Below the pieces are notes generated by a model, which saw nothing but the letters and a program-made list of their open reading frames with translations, searched no databases and had not been told where the DNA came from. A stretch of DNA of 64,000 bases from Polyangiales bacterium (GTDB taxonomy: Bacteria > Myxococcota_A > Polyangia > Polyangiales > Polyangiaceae). Numbering within the stretch: position 1 is the stretch's first letter; every line of letters begins with the position of its first letter. The stretch spans positions 108,340 through 172,339 of the forward strand of contig JBBRLQ010000003.1 of NCBI GenBank assembly GCA_038231275.1, given 5' to 3'. Below are positions 40,401 to 51,781 of the stretch, piece by piece. The translations under genes and the position numbers were made by a program.

Positions 40401-41363
40401 CGTGTGTTCGACGAACTACCGCAGTCGACGCCCGCGCGCCTCGTCGGCACGGCGCGGGTGACGGGAGCCCTCTACCTCGCCGGAGGGTTTGCGCCCGGCG
40501 ACGCACTCCTCGCGGTGCTCGAGAAGAACGGCGCCGCCCTCGCCGCGAACGAGCCCGCCGTCGCCGCATGGATCCATTTCGCCCGCGGCGCGCGCGCGCT
40601 CTGGAGCGCGGAGGTCGAGGAAGATCTGATCTCGACGCTCGCCGCGATCGAGGAGTTCACGCGCGCCGGCGATCTCCGCAACGTGTGCATGAACCAGGTC
40701 ACCGCCGGCTTCATCCTGTCGTCGATCGGCCAGCTCGAAGAGTCCGAGCGCATCCTCCGCGAGGCGCTCGACGCCGCCGATCGCATGGGCCTCCGCGCGA
40801 CCAGCCTCCTCGGCCGGCAAAATCTGGGCACCACGCTGGCGCGCCTCGGCCGGCTCGACGAGGCGCTCCTCATCGAGCAAGAGGCGCTCGAGGGATACCG
40901 AACGCAAGGGGATCACGTCTGGGAGGCGATCTCGCGCGTGTACCTGGGGCTGCTCTTGCGCCTCCAGGGAAAGCTGCCCGAGGCCGAGCGCGAGATCCGT
41001 CACGCGCTCCAGGCCGTCCGCTTCGCGCCGCCCGTCCACGCGGCCGGTCTCGGCGCGCACGCGCTCATCCTGCTCGATTTGCCCGATCCGGCGGCGGCGC
41101 GCGCGGCCGCGGAGCAGGCGATGCGCATCTTCCGCGAGGTGGGCGGCGTGCTCGAGGGCGAGTCGATGATCCGCCTGGTCTACGCGGAGTCTCTCTGGGC
41201 GACCGGAGACCAAGACGCTGCGCGCGAGGCGATCGCGGAGGCGCGCGATCGGCTGGTCGCGCGCGCCGACGCGATCAAGAAGAAGGCGTGGCGAAAATCC
41301 TTCCTCGAGCGCGTGCGCGAGAACATCCGGACCCTGGCACGCGCCGGGGAGTGGCTCCGGTAG
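37434..41363 (+). CDS. Ser/Thr protein kinase fused to STAND-type AAA+ ATPase and TPR repeats (1309 aa)
   Basis: N-terminal kinase domain (GTGGMGEVF, VAIK, HRDVKPSN, DLG, APE). Central P-loop NTPase (VLVTAPPGGGKSRL). C-terminal TPR-like helical repeats. Confidence 0.85.
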   Translation: MDGRLVIAERFEIEHLVGTGGMGEVFRAKDRLTGGPVAIKLLHPGMTRDQERFRREAQLLAELSHPRVVRYVAHGIASGGRPYIAMEWLEGLDLSDRLSHEGFTLDEAVTLARRAAEALGALHERGIVHRDVKPSNLFLVGSDLHSVKLLDLGIARLSTPTRPATRSGVMVGTPGYMAPEQARGAKEIDARADVFSLGCVLFECIAGRPAFVGDNAAALLAKILLDESPRILDYRKDAPPELDDLVSRMLAKHAGARPADGHAVARELAQIARGGLDSQRRSSIRALRAITGGERRLVSIVMASSILTPVETPVDLAAETLTGDTSVASLDMRSVVAPFGAKFESLADGSVVVAVTGKGSATDQAAHAARCALAIRAHMHDAHMVLATGLATVTDRTLYGDVLDRAAALLVEARRAFAQVGPDGTVKSAPLPLPVRLDETTAGLLDLRFDVEGDDLGLTLRGPRAEESPTRTLLGMATPFVGRDRELATLHGLVEECISEPVARVVLVTAPPGGGKSRLLHELLLQARNLHDNVEVWLARGDPMSEGSPFHMLAQGIRRACGSVEGEPLAVRRQKLRARVARHIEGDELTRVTEFVGELVGTPFQGDTSVQLRAARQDAMLMGDQMRRAWEDWIAAECLAQPVVIVLEDLQWGDLPSVKLIDAALRNLSELPLLVVAVARPEVHEVFPNLWSERGLQEVRLGPLVKSASDRLVRQVLPDATQEEVTRLVERSAGNAFYLEELIRAVAEGRGGELPETVLAMVEARLERLEPEGRRLLRAGSVFGQVFWRGGVAALLGQSLRASEVDEWLGELVAREILLQRRRSKFPTDAEYAFRHALVREAAYAMLTSEDRALGHKLAGEWLEEAGETDAVVLAEHFDRGGVPAHAVRWYRRAAEHALEGNDFEAATARAEGAIAAGAAGQERGALRLLQASAADWNGDTASAIRFSEEALHDLTPGTDDWYLAAGEVALASRKMGDFERVNAVGRAVRVFDELPQSTPARLVGTARVTGALYLAGGFAPGDALLAVLEKNGAALAANEPAVAAWIHFARGARALWSAEVEEDLISTLAAIEEFTRAGDLRNVCMNQVTAGFILSSIGQLEESERILREALDAADRMGLRATSLLGRQNLGTTLARLGRLDEALLIEQEALEGYRTQGDHVWEAISRVYLGLLLRLQGKLPEAEREIRHALQAVRFAPPVHAAGLGAHALILLDLPDPAAARAAAEQAMRIFREVGGVLEGESMIRLVYAESLWATGDQDAAREAIAEARDRLVARADAIKKKAWRKSFLERVRENIRTLARAGEWLR

Positions 41364-41369
41364 CGCGCG

Positions 41370-44300
41370 ATGAAGAAAGCGGAGCCGGCGATCGTGCCGC
41401 AGGGCGGAGGCCCTCCGGCCGAGACCGAGGCGGGGGGTGACGACGACGAAACGGACGCGCCGGCCGGCCTCCCGATCGTCGAGCCAACGCACTACGCGAT
41501 CATGGGGGAGATCGCGCGTGGAGGTCAGGGCCGCGTCCTCTTGGCGCGCGATCGGCGGCTCGGTCGCGAGGTCGCCCTCAAAGAGATGCTCAAGGTCTCG
41601 TCCTCGTCGGTCGGACGTTTCGTCCGCGAGGCCATGATCACCGCGCGCCTGCAGCACCCTGGCATCGTGCCCGTCCACGAGGCGGGCCGATGGCCCACCG
41701 GCGAACCGTTCTACGCCATGAAGCGCGTCTCGGGGCGTCCGCTCGACGAGCTCGTCGCCGCGGCGAAGAGCCACGAAGAGCGCCTGGCGATGCTGCCGCA
41801 CGCGATCGCGGCCGCCGACGCGATCGCGTATGCGCACGCGTCGGCCATCCTCCATCGCGACTTGAAGCCGGCGAACATCCTGGTCGGAGAGTTCGGCGAG
41901 ACGGTGGTCGTGGACTGGGGCGTGGCCAAGCGGCTCGACGAGGACGACACGCCGCTCAGCGATCTGGATCCGCTGGCCATGCAAGGCCACACGCGCGTCG
42001 GCGCGGTCGTGGGGACGCCGGCGTACATGGCGCCCGAGCAGGCCGCGGGAGGCCCCGTCGATCGTCGCGCGGACGTGTACGCGCTCGGCGCGACGCTCTA
42101 CCACGTGCTCAGTGGAGTGCCGCCCTACGCGAGCGTGAGCTCCAGCGATCCGGCGCCCCACCTCGCGGTCCTCGACGGCCCGCCGGTTCCGCTCGCGGAG
42201 CGCGCCCCCGGAGTGCCTCACGAGCTCTGCACAATCGTCGACAAGGCGATGGCGCGCCGTGCCGAGGATCGGTACCCGAGCGCGAAGGAGCTGGCCGACG
42301 ATCTCAAGCGCTTCGCCGCCGGTCAGTTGGTCGCCGCGCATCGCTATTCGACGCGCGCGCTCGTCGGGCGTTGGCTCCGCCGTCATCGCGCCGCGGCGCT
42401 GCTCACGAGCCTCTTCGTCGTCGCGCTCGCCGCGGTCGGCACACTGAGCGTCCGGCGCGTCGTAGAGGAGCGCAACGCCGCGCGCGCGCATCAACGCGCG
42501 GCGGAAGAGGCGAACCAGAGCCTCGTCGAAGCCAACGACGCGCTCAGGCTCCAGACCGCGCGTGCCGAGCTCGATCGCGATCCGACGGCGGCCGTCGCGT
42601 GGCTGAAGACGTACCCGGCCACCGCGCCCGAGCAGCGCGCGGCCGGTGCCATCGCGCATGACGCATGGACACGGGGGGTCGCGCGCCACGTCTTCTCCCG
42701 CGACGAGCCCCTGCTCGCGGTCGCCATGTCGCCCGACGAGCGGCACCTCGCAGTCACGGGCCGCGCCAGCCTCACGCTCTACGATCTCGCCACCGGCGTC
42801 GGGCGCACGTTCGCGGCCACGGAGGGAGTGGGCGTCGATGCCGTCTTCTCGCCCGACGGAAAGACCCTGTGGACGAGCGCCGGTCACGTGCTCCTCCTCT
42901 GGAACGTCGGGACCGGAGCCTCGCGGCGCATCGACGTGGGCCGCGAGGCAGGAGTCCTGGAGCTCACGGGCGACGGTCGCTTCCTGCTTGCCCGCGACGT
43001 CCAGCATCGAACGGTGACGCTCCGCGACGTCGTGGGCGACAGGGAGGTGCCTCTGCCCGCCGAGGCCGTTACCGGCGCGTTCCTCCCGGACGGAAAGACC
43101 GTGGCGATCGCGACGGGCACAGCGCTCTTCTTCCAGCCGCTCGGCGGCGGCCCACCGGTTCGCGCCGCGACGCTCGCGTCCGCCTCCTCGCCCAAGGACG
43201 TGCGTGTCTCGGGCGATGGTCGGCTCCTCGCCGTGTCCTCCGACGTCGGGATCGACGTCTACGACGCACGCGGCGCGCTCGTCCGCCACCTTCGCGCGCC
43301 AAACTTCCAGCCCTCGATGCGCGGGCTCCTCTTGGACAAAAGCGACCGCGTCATGTCGTGCAGCCGGCTCGGGCAGGTGTGGGTCTGGAGCGTCGCGTCG
43401 GGGGAGTCGCACGTCCTCGGTGAGGCGAGCTCGCCGTGCTCGGAGATGCGCCTCGCCCCCGACGGCGTGAGCCTCGTGATGCCCGGCGTCGCGAACCAAG
43501 TTCAGGTCTGGGATCTCGTGGGCGGTGGGCTCCGGCGCCTCTTCGGTCACTCCGCGACCGTCAATCGGATCGCGATGTCGTCGAGCGGCGGATGGGTCGC
43601 GTCGGTGTCCGGTGACCAAACGGCGCGCGTCTGGCGGCTCGGCGAAGGGGACTTGCGCGTCCTTCACGGCGTCACGTCGCACTCGCGCCTGGCCGCCGAT
43701 CGCTACGTGCTCACGGCGGAAAAATCATCGCACGCGCTCGAGCGGATCGATCTCCGCACCGGCGACACCAAGACGGTGAGCGGTCCGCGTCCGCTCTCGT
43801 GGGGAACGGCGACGTGGCTCAGCCCGGACGGCGAGGTCGCCGTGTACGCCGACGACACCGAGCAAATCTGGCGGTGGGACGCTGCGAGCAACACCGCTCG
43901 ACGCTGGTTTCGGTACGTGCGCCCGGGCGCACGGCACGTCGCGCACGATCTCTCCCCGGACGGCCGCTTCTTCGTGGGCGCCTCCACCGATTTCTCCGTC
44001 GTGCTCGTCGACCTCCAGACGATGGCGCAGCGCGAGCTCGGGCGGCACGACGCCATTCCCGAGGCCGTCAAATTCTCGCCCGATGGAAAGCTGGTGGCGT
44101 CCGCGGCGCGCGATCGGCTCGTTCGGGTCTGGGACCTCGAGAAGGGAACGTCGCGTGCGTTCGCGGGCCATACGGCGTTCTTGTGGGACGTCTCGTTCTC
44201 GTCGGACCGCCGGCACGTCGCGTCGGCAGGAGCGGACTCGACGATTCGCGTGTGGGACCTCGCGAGTGGAGAATCGCAGGTCCTTCGAGGCCACACCTCC

Positions 44301-44621
44301 ACGGTCGTGTCGATCGACTACCACCCCGACGGCAAGCGGCTGGTCAGCGTTTCCGACGACGGTACCGCCCGCATTTGGGACGTCGCCACCGGCGACAACG
44401 AGATCGTGCGCCGTGAGCATGCCGTCCTCTATTACGCGGCGTACTCGGCAGACGGCCGCTACGTGTCGAGCACCGCCACCGACTCCGCCACGGCGGTGTG
44501 GGATCCCGCGGTGACGCCGGTGTTTGAGCGCGATCCGGCCGCCCTTCGACGATGGTTCGATCGCATCTCGTCGGCCACGGTCGGCGCCGATGGCCGCGTG
44601 AGCACGCCGTCTCTTCCGTGA
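41370..44621 (+). CDS. Ser/Thr protein kinase with single TM helix and C-terminal WD40 beta-propeller (1083 aa)
   Basis: Kinase motifs (HRDLKPANIL, DWG, APE). TM segment (LLTSLFVVALAAVGTL). Multiple WD repeats ending in VWD/IWD (GHTSTVVSIDYHPDGKRLVSVSDDGTARIWD). Confidence 0.85.
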   Translation: MKKAEPAIVPQGGGPPAETEAGGDDDETDAPAGLPIVEPTHYAIMGEIARGGQGRVLLARDRRLGREVALKEMLKVSSSSVGRFVREAMITARLQHPGIVPVHEAGRWPTGEPFYAMKRVSGRPLDELVAAAKSHEERLAMLPHAIAAADAIAYAHASAILHRDLKPANILVGEFGETVVVDWGVAKRLDEDDTPLSDLDPLAMQGHTRVGAVVGTPAYMAPEQAAGGPVDRRADVYALGATLYHVLSGVPPYASVSSSDPAPHLAVLDGPPVPLAERAPGVPHELCTIVDKAMARRAEDRYPSAKELADDLKRFAAGQLVAAHRYSTRALVGRWLRRHRAAALLTSLFVVALAAVGTLSVRRVVEERNAARAHQRAAEEANQSLVEANDALRLQTARAELDRDPTAAVAWLKTYPATAPEQRAAGAIAHDAWTRGVARHVFSRDEPLLAVAMSPDERHLAVTGRASLTLYDLATGVGRTFAATEGVGVDAVFSPDGKTLWTSAGHVLLLWNVGTGASRRIDVGREAGVLELTGDGRFLLARDVQHRTVTLRDVVGDREVPLPAEAVTGAFLPDGKTVAIATGTALFFQPLGGGPPVRAATLASASSPKDVRVSGDGRLLAVSSDVGIDVYDARGALVRHLRAPNFQPSMRGLLLDKSDRVMSCSRLGQVWVWSVASGESHVLGEASSPCSEMRLAPDGVSLVMPGVANQVQVWDLVGGGLRRLFGHSATVNRIAMSSSGGWVASVSGDQTARVWRLGEGDLRVLHGVTSHSRLAADRYVLTAEKSSHALERIDLRTGDTKTVSGPRPLSWGTATWLSPDGEVAVYADDTEQIWRWDAASNTARRWFRYVRPGARHVAHDLSPDGRFFVGASTDFSVVLVDLQTMAQRELGRHDAIPEAVKFSPDGKLVASAARDRLVRVWDLEKGTSRAFAGHTAFLWDVSFSSDRRHVASAGADSTIRVWDLASGESQVLRGHTSTVVSIDYHPDGKRLVSVSDDGTARIWDVATGDNEIVRREHAVLYYAAYSADGRYVSSTATDSATAVWDPAVTPVFERDPAALRRWFDRISSATVGADGRVSTPSLP

Positions 44622-44678
44622 CGCGGCTGGCGAGCACGCTCGCATCGATCGCAGGCGGATGTTCTTCGACGCTACGCA

Positions 44679-46028
<1,350 letters not shown>

Positions 46029-46078
46029 TCATCAGGCCGATCGTCCGGCCGATTGCCAGCCCGATCACCCGCTAGCCG

Positions 46079-47005
46079 CTACGGTGAGTCCGCGCAGCAG
46101 CGGACGCCTTGCTGGTAGAATACATGCATCTCGCCGTGCGCCCGAGTCGACGGTCGGCAGCGCGTGCGGACCGGTCCCCAGTACCCTCCCTTGAGGATGC
46201 TCGGCCTGCCCCCTTGCGAGCTTCGGGTCCACTCGTCCACGTTGCCGGTCATGTCATAGACGCCGAACACGCTCTTGCACGCCGGGCGCGCGCCGCTCGC
46301 CTCGCCCTGCCACAGCTTGTCGAGCTCGCGCATCATCGGCTGGCCGTCGCGCTGCGCGAAGGCCACTGGGTTGTAAGGCTTCCACGTCGCGTCGATGACG
46401 CAAGAGGTCGTGTCGCGCGTGTAGCCGTCGCCGTACGGGTAGGGCCGCGCCTCTTCGCCTTCGCAGGCGAAGGTCCACTCGTTCTCCGTGCACAGGCGCT
46501 TGCTCACCGACTTGCAGAGATCGCCGGCCTCCACCCAGTTGATGAGAATGAGCGGGTATTCCCCCTTCTTGTTGGGAAACTCGTAGCGATCGATGCAGTA
46601 GTGCATGTCGCGCGTCGGGAAATTTTTCGACGCGGCGAGCCACTTGTCGCGATCGAACGTGGCGCAGCGCTCCGGGAAGTCGCGGCTGATCCATTTCGAG
46701 CAGACGACCTTTTGCTGCTCGTCCATCAGGTTCGCGATCTTCATCTTGCCGCGGACTTCAATCATCCCGGCCGCGCACGCGCCGCGGTTGCCTTCGGCGG
46801 CATCGGTGACCGCGCTGTCCTCGCCGGGCGGCGAGACGATCTGCCAGTGCTTGCCGAGGACGTAGCGCCAGTCGAAGCGCGGCGGCGCGAGCTTCGCGGC
46901 CGCAGCGGAGTGACCTCCGGTCGACCACGCGAGCGCGCCGAGACCCACCGCGAAGGCGATCAGCGCTCCGCCACGCCGTCCGACGAGAACAGAAAGGTCC
47001 ACCAT
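46079..47005 (-). CDS. Formylglycine-generating-enzyme (FGE/SUMF1) sulfatase-modifying-domain protein
   Basis: Hallmark motif (FGVYDMTGNVDEWT) and an N-terminal hydrophobic anchor. Confidence 0.8.
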   Translation of the reverse strand: MVDLSVLVGRRGGALIAFAVGLGALAWSTGGHSAAAAKLAPPRFDWRYVLGKHWQIVSPPGEDSAVTDAAEGNRGACAAGMIEVRGKMKIANLMDEQQKVVCSKWISRDFPERCATFDRDKWLAASKNFPTRDMHYCIDRYEFPNKKGEYPLILINWVEAGDLCKSVSKRLCTENEWTFACEGEEARPYPYGDGYTRDTTSCVIDATWKPYNPVAFAQRDGQPMMRELDKLWQGEASGARPACKSVFGVYDMTGNVDEWTRSSQGGRPSILKGGYWGPVRTRCRPSTRAHGEMHVFYQQGVRCCADSP

Positions 47006-47106
47006 CCTACGATACGGTCCACGCTAGGACGTCCTCCCCACGGTTTCCAGGGGCGGCGGTCGCGCCTGCCCTCCCACCCGTTAGAATCCGAGAAAGCGCA
47101 GCGATT

Positions 47107-47712
47107 TCACGTCGCCGCCGCGATGAACGCGGTCAAGAGAGAGAGTCGCGCCTCGTCGGCCTTCGGATCGTCGGACACGAACCGGTGCATGCTCTCGCCG
47201 TCGAAGACCGCGAGGATCGTCTCGACGAGGAGGCCGAAGCGATCGCCGAGGCGCGCGGCGACGTCGGGGAGCAGCTGCCGCGCGAGCGCTTCGATGCGCA
47301 CGTAGTACGCCTTCGCGGCGGGCTCGAGCGCGCGCCGGAGCTTCTCGTGCGTGCGCGCGGCGACGGCGAGCTCGTACCAGGCCTGGTTCGCGCGCGAGCG
47401 ACAGTGCGAGCGCACGAGGCGCAGCGCGAGGAGGAGCGAGTCCTCCGAGCCGCGCGATTCGTCGAACTCGCCGCGGTAGCTCTCGAGCGTCTGGCGCCCG
47501 ATGTCCTCGCCGACCGCGACCATCAGCGCTTCACGCGTGGGAAAGTGCCGGAAGAGGGCTCCTTGCGAGACCCCTGCGCGAAGGCAGATGGTCTGGACGC
47601 TCGCGTCAGCGTAGCCCACGTCGATGAGCGTGGCGGCGGCGGCGTCGAGGAGTTTGCGGATCGTCGAGGTGCGACGCTCCTCTTGGGTCCGTCGCGTCGG
47701 TGCCGCCGTCAC
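47107..47712 (-). CDS. TetR-family transcriptional regulator
   Basis: TetR HTH (TSTIRKLLDAAAATLIDVGYADASVQTICLRAGVSQGALFRHF). GTG start overlaps the upstream gene's stop (GTGA). Confidence 0.8.
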   Translation of the reverse strand: MTAAPTRRTQEERRTSTIRKLLDAAAATLIDVGYADASVQTICLRAGVSQGALFRHFPTREALMVAVGEDIGRQTLESYRGEFDESRGSEDSLLLALRLVRSHCRSRANQAWYELAVAARTHEKLRRALEPAAKAYYVRIEALARQLLPDVAARLGDRFGLLVETILAVFDGESMHRFVSDDPKADEARLSLLTAFIAAAT

Positions 47713-49529
47713 GCCGCCTCCGCGTCCGCGGTCTTGTTCGTTGCCTTCGTCGTGGCGTCGAGCACGCCGGCGGCGGACTTCACTCCCGCCGCGAGGAACT
47801 GGCCGTACGCGCGCTCCTTGCCGAGCCCGTCCGCGAACGCGCCTCCTTCGAACGCGACGTTCCCGTTCACGAGCACCGCCTGCACGGCCCCGTCGCTGCG
47901 GTTCACCATGCGCATGAGATCGCCGAACCCCTCCATCGGCGCCTCGTGGTACGCGTCGAGGCGCGCGTCGAGGGCCTCCGGATCGATCACGACGAGATCC
48001 GCGCGATCGCCGACGCGGAGCCGACCGGCGTCGACGCCGAGCCACGCGCCGAGCTCCCCGGTCAGGCGATGCACCGCGCGCTCGAGCGGCATGATGGGCG
48101 TGCCGGCGCGCTCGGCGTCGCGAACGGCGCGGAGCATTCGCAACGGCGCGCTGTAAAACGCCATGTTCCGGATGTGCGCGCCGGAGTCGGCGAATCCGAT
48201 GAGCGCGCACGGTTGGCTCATCATCCACGCGATCTCCTTCGGCCGATGGTTCGCGATGAGCGTGTGCCAGCGCACCTTCTTCCCGTATTTCACGACGAGA
48301 TCGAGGAACAGATCCGCCGCGTGAATTTCGCGCTCTTTGGCGATGTCGCCGAACGATCGTCCCACCAGCGCAGCGTCGGGGCAGGCGTCGATATGCGCGT
48401 CGAAGAAATCACGGTGCCAGACGCGCGGCGTGAACTTCTTCTCGTAGTCGCGTCGGAACCACCGCCGGTACGACTCCTCCTTCATGAGCGCGTTGCGTTC
48501 GACCTCGCCCGCGAGGTGAAGTGCCGCGCGCCCGGAGCCGAACTCTTCGAACACCACGAGATCGATCCCGTCGGCGTAGATGTGGAACGGCACTGGCAGC
48601 GTCTGCCAGCGAACGTCGCTCCCGAAGAGGCGGTTGAACGTGCGCGTGACGTACGCGATGACGCGGTGCAGTCCCGGCGTGGCCTTGCCGTCGGCGAGCG
48701 TGAGCAGCGTCGTCTTGAGGGACTTTCGCGCGAAGAAGCTGGCGCTCGCCATCACGAAGAGGAGAAAGTTCAGCACGGTGACGAGGTTCGGCGCCGACTG
48801 CAGGATGCGCCCCCGCGCGCGCAGCATTTTGTTGAGCCGCCGGTACTCGCCCCAGGTCGCGTACGTCGAGGGGAGCTGGGCGGAGCGGTAGCGATCGCCG
48901 TCGAGCTTGTCCCAGGGGTTGGTCATCGTCGACAGGCCGAGCATTCCGTGGTCGAGCGCCTCGCCGAGCCAGCGCTCCATCTCCACGAGCTCGCTCTCGC
49001 TCGGTCGCGCGTCCGAGTCGACGGCGCGTCCGAGCCCCATCACGCGCGCGCGAAGATCCGAGTGGCCGAGGAACGCGGTGACGTTCGCACCGAGCGGCAG
49101 ACCCCGAAGGAACGAGACATACTCGCCGGGCGTGGCCCACGTCTTCTTCGCGCGGAGGAGCGGGAGGACCTGCGCGCGCGGCACCGCCTCGACGCGCGTG
49201 AACAGATCCGAGCAGTCTTCGGCGTCGGCCAGGACGGTGCTGATCGAGCAGCTCCCGATCGTCACGGTCGTCACGCCGTGGCGAATGGACTCGGAGAGCG
49301 ACGGCGCCGCGAGGATCTCCGCGTCGTAGTGCGTGTGGCAATCGACGAAGCCCGGGGTGATCCACTTGCCGGTCGCGTCGATGACCTTCGCGCCGTCGGT
49401 CTCGAGCGGCGCCGGGCTAATGGACACCACGCGGCCGCCTTTGATGCCGAGGTTCCGAACGGAGCCTGGCGCGCCGGTGCCGTCGAAGAAGAGGCCGCCC
49501 ACCAAAACGACGTCGTACCGCATCACCAA
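47709..49529 (-). CDS. D-aminoacylase/N-acyl-D-amino-acid deacylase-family amidohydrolase
   Basis: Metal-dependent amidohydrolase motifs (PGFVDCHTHYD near the N-terminus; D-aminoacylase-like insert and C-terminal beta-sandwich). Confidence 0.85.
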   Translation of the reverse strand: MVMRYDVVLVGGLFFDGTGAPGSVRNLGIKGGRVVSISPAPLETDGAKVIDATGKWITPGFVDCHTHYDAEILAAPSLSESIRHGVTTVTIGSCSISTVLADAEDCSDLFTRVEAVPRAQVLPLLRAKKTWATPGEYVSFLRGLPLGANVTAFLGHSDLRARVMGLGRAVDSDARPSESELVEMERWLGEALDHGMLGLSTMTNPWDKLDGDRYRSAQLPSTYATWGEYRRLNKMLRARGRILQSAPNLVTVLNFLLFVMASASFFARKSLKTTLLTLADGKATPGLHRVIAYVTRTFNRLFGSDVRWQTLPVPFHIYADGIDLVVFEEFGSGRAALHLAGEVERNALMKEESYRRWFRRDYEKKFTPRVWHRDFFDAHIDACPDAALVGRSFGDIAKEREIHAADLFLDLVVKYGKKVRWHTLIANHRPKEIAWMMSQPCALIGFADSGAHIRNMAFYSAPLRMLRAVRDAERAGTPIMPLERAVHRLTGELGAWLGVDAGRLRVGDRADLVVIDPEALDARLDAYHEAPMEGFGDLMRMVNRSDGAVQAVLVNGNVAFEGGAFADGLGKERAYGQFLAAGVKSAAGVLDATTKATNKTADAEAA

Positions 49530-49625
49530 TGTCTTACATAGAAAGAGAGTAATCGCAATCTATGTTGGATAAATGATTCGCAACTATCGGAAAGAGGACG
49601 CTTTATCCCAGGACCCCGGCGTCCC

Positions 49626-50753
49626 TTACGGCGCGCACGCGGCGACGAACGGTTTGATCGTCCCGTCGGCGAGCAAGCGATTGCACGCCTTGGGGCAGAG
49701 GTGAACGCGATCGTTCGTCGGCGCCGGGTACCACTCGTCCGCCGCCGTGCACGCGGCCGCGTTCGCGACGCCCGCGGTCGGGAGCTGCGCGCTGCTGGTC
49801 TCCAAGTAGAGGAGGCCCTTCGTGAGGTCGGCGGGTTTGCCCCCCACGAGCGGCAACCGCACGAGGCACGCGAGCTCGTCGCGGATCGACACGAGCGCGG
49901 CGAGCATGCTCGCAGGCGTCGGCGGGACCTGCGCGAACGCCGCGTCCGTACCGCCGACCTGGGCGATCGGGTTCATGAACTGGATGACGTCGCTGGGCAT
50001 CTCGGTGATGCCGACGAAGAACGTCCGGATGGGCGGCGTGCCTTGCGCGTACGGGGCGACGATCGACTCGATCTCCGCCGCGGTCATGAGGCACGCCGTC
50101 GGCGTCGAGTCGGCAATGAAGACGAACGCCGTCTCGCGCGCCGGCGCGGCTACCTTGGCGGCCTTCGTCGCCTGGAGCGCGCCCGTGATCATCGCGGACC
50201 ACGGCGACTGCCCCAGCGGCCCGAGCGGGGCCAGGAACGTGGTGATCGCCGCGCCGGTGCCGCCGCCGAGCCTCCCCATGGGCACGGGGGGCGTCGCGAA
50301 GGGGCCCGAGGTGCAGCCGGCTTCGGCGCCCTGGTCGGGGTGAGTACCCGCCATCGCGTAGACGCCGGCGGACAGCGGATCGGCGACGAACGAATCGACG
50401 GCGCCCCGCTCCACCTGGTACCGCGTGCCCGCTTCCGGTAGCGGCTGCATCATGCTCCCCGACGTGTCGACGGCCAGGTAAATCTGCGCCTCGAGCAACG
50501 TCGCGGGGAACGCGCCGATGACGCACCCCGGCGGCGCATCGAACGGCGGCGTCACCACGTCCGAGACGACACCACCGTCGTTCGAGGTGGCGCCATCCGG
50601 AGGAAGGCTCCCGTCCGGAGTCGTGCCATCGAGCTCTGTCCCGGCGTCGTCGAATGTTCCCAGCGTGCGATCGCCGAGGCTCGCGATGATCGCGCACGAC
50701 ACGGTCGAGAGCGCCGCGAGGCCCGACGCCCAGAAGAGGAGAGGACCTCGCAT
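49626..50753 (-). CDS. Secreted von Willebrand A-domain protein
   Basis: Signal peptide (LLFWASGLAALSTVSCA); MIDAS motif (AVDTSGSM). The ATG overlaps the upstream stop (TGATG). Confidence 0.65.
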   Translation of the reverse strand: MRGPLLFWASGLAALSTVSCAIIASLGDRTLGTFDDAGTELDGTTPDGSLPPDGATSNDGGVVSDVVTPPFDAPPGCVIGAFPATLLEAQIYLAVDTSGSMMQPLPEAGTRYQVERGAVDSFVADPLSAGVYAMAGTHPDQGAEAGCTSGPFATPPVPMGRLGGGTGAAITTFLAPLGPLGQSPWSAMITGALQATKAAKVAAPARETAFVFIADSTPTACLMTAAEIESIVAPYAQGTPPIRTFFVGITEMPSDVIQFMNPIAQVGGTDAAFAQVPPTPASMLAALVSIRDELACLVRLPLVGGKPADLTKGLLYLETSSAQLPTAGVANAAACTAADEWYPAPTNDRVHLCPKACNRLLADGTIKPFVAACAP

Positions 50754-51781
50754 CAGAACCCTCCCGCGAGGACGACGCCGCCGAGCGTCGGCGCGGCGCG
50801 CAGAGCGGTTGTGCTCTTTTTCGCGCCGAACGAGGTGATGACGAAGAACGCGCCCGCGCCGAGCGCGGCGGCGCCGATGGCGAACGCGACCGTCGAGATC
50901 GTCGCCGACGTGTGCGCCTTGTCGTTCAAGCGGACTCCTTCGGCATCGCAGAACGTGCCCACGCAGTGCGGATCGCGCGCGTCGCGCTGCTTGAAGGTGT
51001 CGATGCCGAAGTACGCGCCGAGGCCGATGGCGACGATCCCGACGCCGCCGAGCGCGTAGCCGGTGGGGCGCTGCCACGCGGCGGGCTTGGTGGTGAACGG
51101 CTCGAGTTTTGGCGGCGGAGTCGGACCGGGAGGCGTCGCGGCGCCCGGAACGGGCGGCACGACACCGGGCACAGCGGGATGCTCTTCGGGCAGCTCCGCT
51201 TTGAACGTCTGCGTTCCCGGCTGCGGCGCGACCTTCCACGTCACCGTGTGCGCGGCCTGGCCCGGCGCGGAGGTCTCGACGACGTGATCGCCCGGCTCGA
51301 TCGGCCGCGCCTTGGCGAGATCCGCCGCCGCGAGCGATGCGCCGTCGACCTTGAGCACGTACCCCGCGGGGAGCGCCGACACGTCGTACGACGCGCGCGT
51401 GATCTGAGGCTCGAGGCGCGCGAGCGCGTCGCTCGCGAATTTGAGGCGCTCGCGGTCGTCCTTGGTCTTCGCCTTCGCCATGAGCTCGACGAGCTGCTCG
51501 TACTCGCGTGCGGCGGTAGCGACCTTGCGATCCTTCTCGTGGCAGGCCGCGAGGTTGAGGAGCGCACCCGGCGCGGGATCGAGCGTGTAGCTCTCCCCGA
51601 ACTTCGCGCACGCCTCGGTCACGCTGCCCGCCTGCATCAGCGCCTGCGCCGCGCGGAACAGCGCATCGGCGCGCGCGACCTCCTCCTTCGTCGGATCGGC
51701 GAGCGCGGGCGAGGCGACGCACATCGCGACGCACGCCGCGGCGACGGCGCCGCGAAGGGAACGGCCCGCGCGTGTGCTCAC
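50753..51781 (-). CDS. Secreted/membrane protein with N-terminal TPR-like helices, PEGA-like beta domain and C-terminal TM helices
   Basis: Signal peptide (AVAAACVAMCVASPALA). YVLKVDGASL...GDHVVETSAPGQAAHTVTWKV resembles a PEGA domain. Two C-terminal hydrophobic helices. GTG start overlaps the kinase stop (GTGA). Confidence 0.55.
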   Translation of the reverse strand: MSTRAGRSLRGAVAAACVAMCVASPALADPTKEEVARADALFRAAQALMQAGSVTEACAKFGESYTLDPAPGALLNLAACHEKDRKVATAAREYEQLVELMAKAKTKDDRERLKFASDALARLEPQITRASYDVSALPAGYVLKVDGASLAAADLAKARPIEPGDHVVETSAPGQAAHTVTWKVAPQPGTQTFKAELPEEHPAVPGVVPPVPGAATPPGPTPPPKLEPFTTKPAAWQRPTGYALGGVGIVAIGLGAYFGIDTFKQRDARDPHCVGTFCDAEGVRLNDKAHTSATISTVAFAIGAAALGAGAFFVITSFGAKKSTTALRAAPTLGGVVLAGGF